Assembly: GCA_041660165.1 (NCBI GenBank)
Contig: JBAZWW010000003.1
Location: forward strand, 4,352-68,351
Reading direction: 5' to 3'
Length of the DNA: 64,000 nucleotides
Source of the DNA: Patescibacteria group bacterium
Lineage (GTDB): Bacteria; Patescibacteriota; Patescibacteriia; UBA9934
Both the position numbers and the translations under genes were made by a program. Below are positions 26,908 through 34,593 of the stretch, piece by piece. Each line of letters starts with the position of its first letter. The stretch's first letter is position 1. The notes beneath the pieces were generated by a model that saw only the letters and a program-made list of their open reading frames with translations, made no database searches and was not told where the DNA came from.

Positions 26908-28395
26908 CTAATCGTTCTTGGCGTGGATGAGGTCATTCGCCAGACGGATAGCGGATTCGCGGACGGTGCGCGTGGGCACCAGCGGGGAACGGGGGACTTC
27001 CATGTAGAGCCGGACCATGCTCGCTTCTTGATCACGGAGCGTACACATGATGGCGGACTCTTGGAACCAGGTGGATTCCGCAGTCGAACAGCTGTACTTG
27101 CTCTCCGCATCGAATCCCACCAGGTACGAACCCTTCTCAATGTCCTTCATGGCCCGAAGCGGACGCCGATCCATAATGAAATGGATCTCCGGATACTGCT
27201 TCTGTAGTCCCTCCAGGAGCGGGCCACAGAGCCAGGTCTCTCTGGCCTTGAAGGCCCATACCCGCTTCCATAGCTTTCGTTCCTGAATCAATCTGGCCAG
27301 CTCAGAGATCCGTTCATTCGCCGGAAAGCCGGGTCGAAGAGTCCCCGTCAGCAGGCCCAGAAACATTTCATCGCCCAAGAAGAGGTAACTCTCCGTGAAC
27401 GAATCCAAACTTTCCATGTTCACTGGAGTGAGGCCCTGCCGGGTTGCCTCTTCTCCAATGGTCTGGAGCATGAGCTCCGCGGCTCGGTTGGTCTTGTTAA
27501 AATAGAACCCGCGGAACATCTGGAACCTCCCCCAGATGAAGGTCTCAATGGCTGAGAGTCCGCTTTCCCGCCAGCCCAGGCGGTAGCAGTCAGCTCCATC
27601 TGCATCGCGCACACAGAGCGCGGACTTGAGAATGCGGTGCTGATCGTAGTGTCCGCAGGTCACACCCGTAGCCCGCGAGTCCCGCAACAGGTAGTCCATA
27701 CGGTCCGCGTCCACTGGCGCAGAACTCACCATGTCCCGAATGAACGGGATCCACGGCCGGAGCTCTTCCGGCACGTTGAGGGCGTCCTCTCCAAGAAGAA
27801 CGGAAGCCACCACTCGGGGCATCCATTCATCTCCGCCAACATCGTTCCAAATGCAGGCGAACATGATGACGGACACCGTCTCATGGTGGACTCGGCCGGA
27901 CTTGGAAGCGATCAGCACGTTGCGGTACGGCGCGATTGCTTTGAGTCGAGGGTCATCCAGCACGCGATCGACGTCCTTCACGCTGGGCGCAAAGGCGTCA
28001 AAATTGTGGGACAACGGCCCGTGTCCCAGGTCATGCACGAGCGCGCACAGCCTGAGTACCCGGCGGATCTGCGCGTACTCCGCGGGCGGGAGATCAGCCA
28101 GACAAACCGCCTGTCCCGGCTTTGCATCCCGGAGCGCATAGAGCTTCCCGCGGATCTTCACGGATTCCCGATTGACCGCCTTCAGGATCCTGTTCGCCAT
28201 GGCCATCGTTCCCACTGAATGTTCAAACCGCGTGTGAACCGCGGACGGGAACACCAGGTGGAGCAGGCCGGTCTGACGAATATGCTTCATGCGCTGGAAA
28301 AGGCTGTGATCAATCACCGCCATCTCTTCATCAGTGAGATTCACAATACCGTGCAGACTATCCACGATAGTCCGCGATAGAACAAACAGACCCAT
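26908..28395 (-). CDS. HD-domain dGTPase/SAMHD1-like dNTP triphosphohydrolase family protein
   Basis: 495 aa. HTRFEHSVGTMAMANRI...LCALVHDLGHGPLSHNFD (HD motif) and VDADRMDYLLRDSRATGV (dGTPase-family signature). GC is about 60%, far above the flanking genes. Confidence 0.75.
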   Translation of the reverse strand: MGLFVLSRTIVDSLHGIVNLTDEEMAVIDHSLFQRMKHIRQTGLLHLVFPSAVHTRFEHSVGTMAMANRILKAVNRESVKIRGKLYALRDAKPGQAVCLADLPPAEYAQIRRVLRLCALVHDLGHGPLSHNFDAFAPSVKDVDRVLDDPRLKAIAPYRNVLIASKSGRVHHETVSVIMFACIWNDVGGDEWMPRVVASVLLGEDALNVPEELRPWIPFIRDMVSSAPVDADRMDYLLRDSRATGVTCGHYDQHRILKSALCVRDADGADCYRLGWRESGLSAIETFIWGRFQMFRGFYFNKTNRAAELMLQTIGEEATRQGLTPVNMESLDSFTESYLFLGDEMFLGLLTGTLRPGFPANERISELARLIQERKLWKRVWAFKARETWLCGPLLEGLQKQYPEIHFIMDRRPLRAMKDIEKGSYLVGFDAESKYSCSTAESTWFQESAIMCTLRDQEASMVRLYMEVPRSPLVPTRTVRESAIRLANDLIHAKND

Positions 28396-28450
28396 AAACC
28401 ACCTCCGGCTCTAGTTGTTACAAATTTACTAGGAGATGTCAAAGCTCGCC

Positions 28451-29128
28451 CTAGTCCAAATAGTAGCCCGTCCCCCAACTCATTCCGACCCCGAGAGTTT
28501 CAGTATTTTGCGACCAAGTAGCTGGTTCTGAGTCGACGATTGTATACGTTCCCGGTTCAAGGGTTACATCTGGCGAGACGTTCCAATAAACACTCGGTGC
28601 GCCACCTTGGCCGTCCGAGGTCGTCACTGACCACGGGCCGTACGTTTTTCCACTCGCATCTTTTAGGCCGAGTGTCCCGCCGGTCGCGCCCTTCGCATCA
28701 TTCCAATGGTAGGTCGACATGGTTTTCAACTGCGCTTTCTTGGCGAGGGTAAAGGTAGCCGGGGTTCCGCCGTTAAACACCGCCATGATACTGCCGATAT
28801 TAAACAGCTCTACCGTTGGCTGGCTTGGCGTATCTTCATATTTCAACACCTCGCCCGTTCCATCAGTATCTGATGTGGTCGAAGCTGGAGCTGGCGCTGG
28901 AACCGAAGCCGGTTTGCTATCTGCATCTCGTAAATCGCTTAACGGCGTTGTCTTGCCATCTTCGGTCTCAACATATATCTGGTCAGTCGACTTATTTGGA
29001 TTCTCATTTGCGTATTGCTCCGCAGCTGCTCTGGTGCTCCTATAAACCTCATCACATCCGGCCGTTACCAGAAACGCCGACATCACCCCGACCACCATCA
29101 AACCTCGACCAAAAGAATATTTGTTCAT
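28451..29128 (-). CDS. Lipoprotein
   Basis: Internal start MNKYSFGRGLMVVGVMSAFLVTAGC gives a lipobox with Cys. The mature part is Ser/Thr/Gly/Pro-rich; about 225 aa. Confidence 0.5.
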   Translation of the reverse strand: MNKYSFGRGLMVVGVMSAFLVTAGCDEVYRSTRAAAEQYANENPNKSTDQIYVETEDGKTTPLSDLRDADSKPASVPAPAPASTTSDTDGTGEVLKYEDTPSQPTVELFNIGSIMAVFNGGTPATFTLAKKAQLKTMSTYHWNDAKGATGGTLGLKDASGKTYGPWSVTTSDGQGGAPSVYWNVSPDVTLEPGTYTIVDSEPATWSQNTETLGVGMSWGTGYYLD

Positions 29129-29195
29129 AAGTTGCCCAAAGTATAACCAACAAACAAACAAAAACAAAAAACCTCCCGTTCGGGAGATTCTTTGC

Positions 29196-29271
29196 TGGGG
29201 TGGCTAACGGGAATTGAACCCGTACTAGAGGTACCACAAACCTCTGTGATAACCATTTCACCATAGCCACC
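29196..29271 (-). tRNA. tRNA-His (anticodon GTG) with genomically encoded G-1
   Basis: Reverse complement is G-GTGGCTATGGTGAAATGGTTATCACAGAGGTTTGTGGTACCTCTAGTACGGGTTCAATTCCCGTTAGCCACCCCA. Anticodon loop TTGTGGT, extra 5' G opposite discriminator C, T-loop TTCAATT, encoded CCA. Confidence 0.85.
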
Positions 29272-29433
29272 ATGACACGAACGGAGGCATGATAGCAGGG
29301 AAAAGGGGATAAATCAAGGCTTCATCCCGATGACAATACGCAATCGGTAATTGACGAAAACGTACTTACAAGGCACTCTCTCACGTCGATCGTCCACCGA
29401 TGACCGACCGATCCCCACGTTTCGGAGGTCACC

Positions 29434-29964
29434 ATGCTCGCACTCCTTCTGCTCGGTTCCGCGTTGGCCGGCGACACCTTTGTTCAGCTCCAGGCTGATA
29501 CGGCGGTCACCCTCGCTGATGGCGCGGTTGACGAGCGCGCTAAGGTGCTCATTGACGATCCGCTCAATAAGAAATGGAGCGTGAGCGTTTTCACGCTCGT
29601 AACGCCAAACTACGGCGAGCTCATCCTTGGGCCAACGCTTCACGTCAACGACTTCGCGCTCACCGTGAGCATCGGCATCGAAACTGCAGAGATGCCCCTG
29701 CGTGGCGAGTTCTCACTCTACTGGGCGCACCGTCATCTTGAAGTGCTCATCTCCGCTGAAACCGGCGGGTCAGGGCCATGGTACGTCAGCTTCGTGAAGG
29801 AACACATTGGATGCCTCACGGTCGGTATTCTCACCCAACGATTCGACGGCATTGGCCCGCGCATCGGCCTTGCGACGGACAGATCCGAATTCTGGATCTC
29901 GCCCATGTACGACTACGAGGACGGCGCGTTCAACATCCTAGCCGGTCTCAGCTGGACGCCGTAA
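29434..29964 (+). CDS. Secreted hypothetical protein (GC-rich, beta-rich)
   Basis: Strong RBS GGAGGTcaccATG. Signal peptide MLALLLLGSALAG. 176 aa with alternating hydrophobic pattern; about 62% GC. Confidence 0.45.
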   Translation: MLALLLLGSALAGDTFVQLQADTAVTLADGAVDERAKVLIDDPLNKKWSVSVFTLVTPNYGELILGPTLHVNDFALTVSIGIETAEMPLRGEFSLYWAHRHLEVLISAETGGSGPWYVSFVKEHIGCLTVGILTQRFDGIGPRIGLATDRSEFWISPMYDYEDGAFNILAGLSWTP

Positions 29965-30060
29965 CTACCGTGCCCGCAAACAAAGCCCCGACGGCGTTCG
30001 TCGGGGCTTTAATTATTTCAGTTGAATGATACTGAAAGACGCGCTACGCTTTAAAAAAGT

Positions 30061-30456
30061 ATGCTGCACATCAAGTATAAACTTGCCCCCTCAATACATC
30101 ACGGCATCGGTCTTTTTGCCGATCAAAATATACAAAAGAATCAGCTGATTTACTCGGCCAGCCCGTTGCTCGACGTTAATATCTCTCCCGAAGAATTCAG
30201 TAAATTATCGCTCTCGGAACAAGCCGAGATTTCGTATTGGGGTTTTCTCGATAAACAATCTGGCCTTTGGCACGTTGATTTTGATGTTTCAAAATTTATC
30301 AATCACTCTTCAGCGCCAAATATCACGCAAGATCCTATCTCAACAGAAACTCGCCTCATTGCCCTAAAAGACATTTCCGCCGGCGAGGAACTGACGCAAA
30401 ACTATCTTGAATTTGAAACAAAAGAAGATCTGAAGAGAAGAGGGATCAGTACTTAA
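30061..30456 (+). CDS. SET-domain protein (putative protein-lysine methyltransferase)
   Basis: 131 aa. INHSSAPN matches the SET NHSCxPN motif and GEELTQNY matches GEELTxxY; preceded by a GIGLFA-like N-SET segment. Confidence 0.6.
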   Translation: MLHIKYKLAPSIHHGIGLFADQNIQKNQLIYSASPLLDVNISPEEFSKLSLSEQAEISYWGFLDKQSGLWHVDFDVSKFINHSSAPNITQDPISTETRLIALKDISAGEELTQNYLEFETKEDLKRRGIST

Positions 30457-31298
30457 CCTTTTAACTTTTTCTGCTTAGGCGGGAGCTGGCCGATTTTTCG
30501 GCGAACAAGGTCTTTAATGTGCTCTTGGGCTGGCCGGTCTTCAGGCATGGGGGCATTTAATTTTTGGATGGTCTCACGGACGGCCTGTCCAACCTTAAAG
30601 TGCGTGTAGCTAGCGGGATCTTCGCCTGTAATACCATCTCTTATTAGTAATTCGTTGGTCTGAGTGATGCGGAAAAGATTGGCTGCTAACTCAGCCGACC
30701 CGGCAAAATCTAAAATATCACCCTCACTAATTCCTTTCTTCTTGCGAATATCGCTTGCCGTTAGTCCGTAAAGACCAACGTAGCCAAAATTATTGAACTT
30801 CCCGAAATTTTCTACACCGGCATCTTTAGCGGTTCTAAATAACCGATTATTATGCGAAGCCACCTGACGTCTTATCTGCAACCGATTCCCATCGTCATCA
30901 ATCACCTCTAATAGCTCTTGCTTCCTGGTCTGCACAGCAAAATATGTTTGCGCAAAAGCGATCTCGGGCTTTCGAGGATCACCATTTTGAGCAATTAGAT
31001 AACAAGCAAAGCGGGAAAGCTGATAATCAATAATCTTACGCCTCGCCTCTCTCGGCGTGTTTTTGCCAATGATTATCATTTTCGGGTCGACCCGAAAATG
31101 ATCCTCAAGCGACTGACTCGTACTAGCACAAACTGCTTGGGCCCGACGAATAGTCTTATGGAAGTCCTCCCATCTCGAATAATCGAGTAATGACATCAAC
31201 TCCCTGGCCTCCCAATATTCAAAACCCTGCTCATCTACCTTCTTAATTGACTCAAAATCCTTATGTAACGAAACCGGCACAATGGCATTGTTCGGCAT
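30453..31298 (-). CDS. dinD: DNA-damage-inducible protein D family protein
   Basis: EYWEARELMSLLDYSRWEDFHKTIRRAQAVC...DHFRVDPKMIIIG...LSRFACYLIAQNGDPRKPEIAFAQTYFAVQTRKQEL closely follows the E. coli DinD N-terminal domain; 281 aa. Confidence 0.7.
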   Translation of the reverse strand: MPNNAIVPVSLHKDFESIKKVDEQGFEYWEARELMSLLDYSRWEDFHKTIRRAQAVCASTSQSLEDHFRVDPKMIIIGKNTPREARRKIIDYQLSRFACYLIAQNGDPRKPEIAFAQTYFAVQTRKQELLEVIDDDGNRLQIRRQVASHNNRLFRTAKDAGVENFGKFNNFGYVGLYGLTASDIRKKKGISEGDILDFAGSAELAANLFRITQTNELLIRDGITGEDPASYTHFKVGQAVRETIQKLNAPMPEDRPAQEHIKDLVRRKIGQLPPKQKKLKG

Positions 31299-31363
31299 AT
31301 GTTCGTATCATACGACGAACAAATTTTGTCGCAAAACGGTTTGTACACACCAAAAAAGCGCCT

Positions 31364-32290
31364 CTATTTCTTTTTTTTGTCGTGGAACTCTTTGTACACG
31401 CGCCCCAGCTCTTTATCCGTAATATGGGTATACACCTGCGTCGTCGTAATCGACTCGTGTCCAAGCAATGATTGCACCGCGCGAATATCGGCGCCGTTTC
31501 GCAGTAAGTCTGTAGCGTAAGTATGTCGCAACGTGTGCGGGGTTACGCGTTTAGTGATCCCCGCTTCTCGAGCGTAGCGATCGACGATCCGCTGAACCGA
31601 GCGGGGAGTGAGCGGTTGGGCGCTCGCCGAAGAACGTCGAGCTCGATCATGCCGTACAAAAAGATAAGGCGAGGTGTCCTTGCGATGATCGAGATACGCC
31701 TTAATCGAACGCTTGGCATCGTCCGACAAGTAGACAATGCGATGTTTCTTGCCTTTGCCGAGCACCGTGAACTCATCCCGTTTCAAATTGATATTTTCGA
31801 TCTTCAAAGTCGAAGCCTCGGACACGCGCATACCGGTCGAAAACAAAAGCTCGAGCATGGCCTTGTCGCGATAACCAACAATGGTTGGGTCGTTCAACGG
31901 GCCGGCGCGAAATCTTTCGAACTCGTCGGCTTCGAGAAAACTCACATGCCTGGTGCCTTGTTTCGCGAGTTCGATCTTCTCAGCAGCCATGCTCTTAATA
32001 TCTCTCTTCGCGAGGTACTTCAGGAACGCTCGCAAAGCGATCAGGTGATAATTTTGCGTATTCTTTTTCAAATTCGCTTCCTCTCGCCCCGCAATGTCTC
32101 GGTTCAAATGAAGCCGGTACTTCCGCACCATTTCCTGCGTAATCTCCTGCGGATTGGGATGCTTGGCCCAATCCGAAAACCTGCTCAGATAAAAATGGTA
32201 ATTTTTCACCGTCTTATCCGACCGCCCACGCTCGATCTCCAGGTACTCAAGAAATTCTTTAATGTATTTGGCAAGTATGTTCTTTGGCAT
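31364..32290 (-). CDS. Tyrosine-type site-specific recombinase/integrase (XerC/XerD-like)
   Basis: 308 aa. N-terminal SAM-like core-binding domain. Catalytic motifs GMRVSEASTL (R), HTLRHTYATDLLRNGADIRAVQSLLGHESITTTQVYTH (H-x-x-R...Y). Confidence 0.85.
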   Translation of the reverse strand: MPKNILAKYIKEFLEYLEIERGRSDKTVKNYHFYLSRFSDWAKHPNPQEITQEMVRKYRLHLNRDIAGREEANLKKNTQNYHLIALRAFLKYLAKRDIKSMAAEKIELAKQGTRHVSFLEADEFERFRAGPLNDPTIVGYRDKAMLELLFSTGMRVSEASTLKIENINLKRDEFTVLGKGKKHRIVYLSDDAKRSIKAYLDHRKDTSPYLFVRHDRARRSSASAQPLTPRSVQRIVDRYAREAGITKRVTPHTLRHTYATDLLRNGADIRAVQSLLGHESITTTQVYTHITDKELGRVYKEFHDKKKK

Positions 32291-32301
32291 ATTACGATGT
32301 T

Positions 32302-32373
32302 GTCATCCCGAGCAGAGCGAGGGATCTGAATGGCCAATCAGATCCTTCGTCGCTAAAAGCTCCTCAGGATGAC
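32302..32373. repeat. Complete palindromic MITE/REP-like element (type 1 exemplar) abutting the integrase start
   Basis: GTCATCCCGAGCAGAGCGAGGGATCTGA-atggccaa-TCAGATCCTTCGTCGCTAAAAGCTCCTCAGGATGAC forms a long imperfect hairpin. Confidence 0.65.
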
Positions 32374-32705
32374 ACTGACCGTGTGTCGCACATTGTACAC
32401 CCGCGGTACCGTATAAAGAGTTGACCTCAGCCATTTTCCGGTGTATCCTCCTGCCTCTGCGTCGCCTGACGCGGATCGAGTTCCTTTCGTTCCATGGAGA
32501 GTTCGTGCCCCTGCCTCATGAGGCTCCCAGCCTCCCGCCCGTTGATCCCTTTGGCGAGCAACCGCTCGCGACCTTTGACGAGAGGGAAGACTTTCGCCCG
32601 CGCCTGTCAATCTACAAATTGCCCGGTACAGGCAGGTTGCCCCTTGTCCCAACGTCTCACCCTAGCCCAGCCGTACCGTACGAGCTGGAAAAATCATGGA
32701 GAGCG

Positions 32706-32901
32706 AATGCCGACGGATGAAACGAGTGATGCAGATCACCCATCCTGCCACTACAACGACTACGAAGCAGATGCCCCGGTGGCAGGTAACGGAAACCCCC
32801 GCCCGCCGGAACGCTGTGACACCGTGGTCACACGGCGCGCGGACGGCACGTTCGTTTCCGAAACGAGCATCCTGAATGACGGAAAAACCTTCTGGAGGTA
32901 G
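32706..32901 (+). CDS. Putative small protein (64 aa) in GC-rich intergenic block
   Basis: GGAGAGcgaATG RBS-like context; MPTDETSDADHPSCHYNDYEADAPVAGNGNPRPPERCDTVV.... The stop overlaps the RBS of the next small ORF. Weak evidence. Confidence 0.25.
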
Positions 32902-33136
32902 ACCGATGAGCCGAGACGATCGTTTTATTGATGCATTCACCGTGTTCAATGACCCCGTGGATCCGTGCTTCGTGGTTTACGACCTGGTGGCAACAGGTCA
33001 TATCCCGCCCACGGCGAAACCGCCTGTTATGTCGCCGGCCAACGAACCGCCCAATATCGACGGCGAAAAGTCTGCCACGGCGCCAACCAGCGGATACGGC
33101 CACTTCGGCACCACCCGCGGTGGGAGCCGGCACTAG
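32897..33136 (+). CDS. Putative small protein (79 aa) in GC-rich intergenic block
   Basis: Strong RBS GGAGGTagaccgATG; MSRDDRFIDAFTVFNDPVDPCFVVYDLVATGHIPPTAKPPVM.... No homolog recognised. Confidence 0.3.
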   Translation, partial: GRPMSRDDRFIDAFTVFNDPVDPCFVVYDLVATGHIPPTAKPPVMSPANEPPNIDGEKSATAPTSGYGHFGTTRGGSRH

Positions 33137-33306
33137 CATTGAACGCCTTGAACCCCGCTCTCTTCGTGAGACGCGGGGTTCTGCATTTCTTGACCATTTC
33201 GGCATTCTCGACTATTCTTTCCCTGCATTCATTTATACAGCCGTTTACCACGGTTTTTGGCTAGAGCAAGCCTTTTACTGAGACAATCGGCACAACTCAT
33301 ACTGCT

Positions 33307-33573
33307 ATGCTCGACAAGACAAAGAAAGATAAGGTCATTAAGAAGTTCCGCACCCATGAGTCAGACACCGGCTCACCACAGGTGCAGATCGCCATTCTGA
33401 CGGAGGAAATCAAGGAGCTGACTAAGCACTTGAAGACCCACCGCAAGGATTTCAGCTCACGCCGTGGACTTGTAAAGAAGGTCTCGGAACGCCGCCGCCT
33501 CTTGAAGTACTTGGAGCGCGAGAATGAAAAGGCGTATGCAGAGATCATTGCAGAGCTTGGTTTGAAGAAATAA
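33307..33573 (+). CDS. rpsO: 30S ribosomal protein S15
   Basis: MLDKTKKDKVIKKFRTHESDTGSPQVQIAILTEEIKELTKHLKTHRKDFSSRRGLVKKVSERRRLLKYL is a canonical S15 sequence of 88 aa. Confidence 0.85.
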   Translation: MLDKTKKDKVIKKFRTHESDTGSPQVQIAILTEEIKELTKHLKTHRKDFSSRRGLVKKVSERRRLLKYLERENEKAYAEIIAELGLKK

Positions 33574-33579
33574 AGGAAC

Positions 33580-33616
33580 AGCCGACCTTGCACCTTGGTG
33601 TCCGGTCGGCTTTTTA
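33580..33616 (+). terminator. Rho-independent terminator after rpsO
   Basis: AGCCGACCttgcaccttggtgtccGGTCGGCTTTTTAT. Confidence 0.6.
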
Positions 33617-33685
33617 TCTCACCCCGAGGTAACGAGGGGTAGCATGGAGGTCATTGGTTCAAACAAGTTTCAGTAGCCAATTCTA

Positions 33686-33706
33686 TCCCTCCTCACGTCG
33701 GGATGG
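33686..33706. repeat. GC-rich intergenic repeat (type 2 copy)
   Basis: TCCCTCCTCACGTCGGGATGG. Confidence 0.45.
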
Positions 33707-33756
33707 AGATCAGTCCGGTTGTTCGACAGATATAATTCATTCACTTTTTTCTTGCT

Positions 33757-34425
33757 ATGTTAGACTTTTCGAATCGTCGGGTTGGAGTTTTCATTGACGT
33801 GCAGAACATGTATTACAGTGCCAGGAATATTTACGGAAGCAAGGTGAACTTTGGCAACATTGTGAAGGTGGCAGCGGGGGATCAGAAGCTCATCCGCGCC
33901 GTGGCCTACACCATTTCGACCAAGACGGGGGACGAACTTCCATTCTTTGAGGCTTTGCACAAGTCAGGCATCGAGGTAAACACAAAGGAGCTTCTCGAAT
34001 ACGATTCAGGACACAAAAAAGGGGACTGGGACGTAGGAATTACGGTCGATATCATCCGCATGCTTGATACCGTGGACGTGGTGGTCATCGTGTCCGGCGA
34101 CGGCGACTACATTCCGCTTGGCGAGTACATCAAAAATCGCGGACGCATCTTCCATGTGGTGTCCTTCCGCGAATCAACGTCAAGCAAACTGGTCGAAGCT
34201 GCGGACATTTACACAAACTTATCAGACAACTTGGGCGAGTTCCTAATCCGTGATCCAAAGTACCGGCCAACGCAACAGCGCAAGCCGTCAACTACAGATA
34301 CATTCGATGACGTGATTGCTGAACAGGGCGAGCATGCCTTCAAGCCGATTGGACATGAAGCCGAAACGCCAGACGCAAACGCACCGCGTCGCCGAGGCCG
34401 TCCAGCAAAGAATCCAGCGGCGTAA
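33757..34425 (+). CDS. NYN-domain (LabA/DUF88-like) putative RNase with C-terminal AT-hook-like tail
   Basis: MLDFSNRRVGVFIDVQNMYYSAR...AVAYT...VVVIVSGDGDYIPL matches the NYN/LabA fold. C-terminal RRRGRPAKNPAA; 222 aa. Confidence 0.7.
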   Translation: MLDFSNRRVGVFIDVQNMYYSARNIYGSKVNFGNIVKVAAGDQKLIRAVAYTISTKTGDELPFFEALHKSGIEVNTKELLEYDSGHKKGDWDVGITVDIIRMLDTVDVVVIVSGDGDYIPLGEYIKNRGRIFHVVSFRESTSSKLVEAADIYTNLSDNLGEFLIRDPKYRPTQQRKPSTTDTFDDVIAEQGEHAFKPIGHEAETPDANAPRRRGRPAKNPAA

Positions 34426-34450
34426 ACGATCGAGCAACCGGACGGGTTCC

Positions 34451-34532
34451 CATCCCGAGCAATGCGAGGGATCCGACTTTCCCCTGTGACAGTGGAGAGG
34501 GTCGGGCCCTTCGCTCTCGCTCAGGGTGGGAT
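34451..34532. repeat. Long palindromic intergenic repeat (type 3 copy)
   Basis: CATCCCGAGCAATGCGAGGGATCCGAC...GTCGGGCCCTTCGCTCTCGCTCAGGGTGGGAT. Related to 53121-53200 and 61379-61467. Confidence 0.6.
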
Positions 34533-34593
34533 AAGATGAGCACTTCGTGCACACCGAATAGGAACTAACGTAAAAGGGTAAAATAATAAAACT

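Noticed and set aside
32353-33281. Nine overlapping 74-135-aa ORFs on both strands
   Set aside because: This is a high-GC region where long random ORFs are expected. None shows domain features. Only two small RBS-preceded ORFs are retained, and those as low-confidence.
32290-33300. attR-like direct repeat of the tRNA-Arg(TCT) 3' end near the integrase
   Set aside because: No copy of TTCGATTCCAACCCGGGGCACCA or a substantial sub-string was found by eye in this interval. Island boundaries therefore remain inferred from tRNA orientation and composition only.
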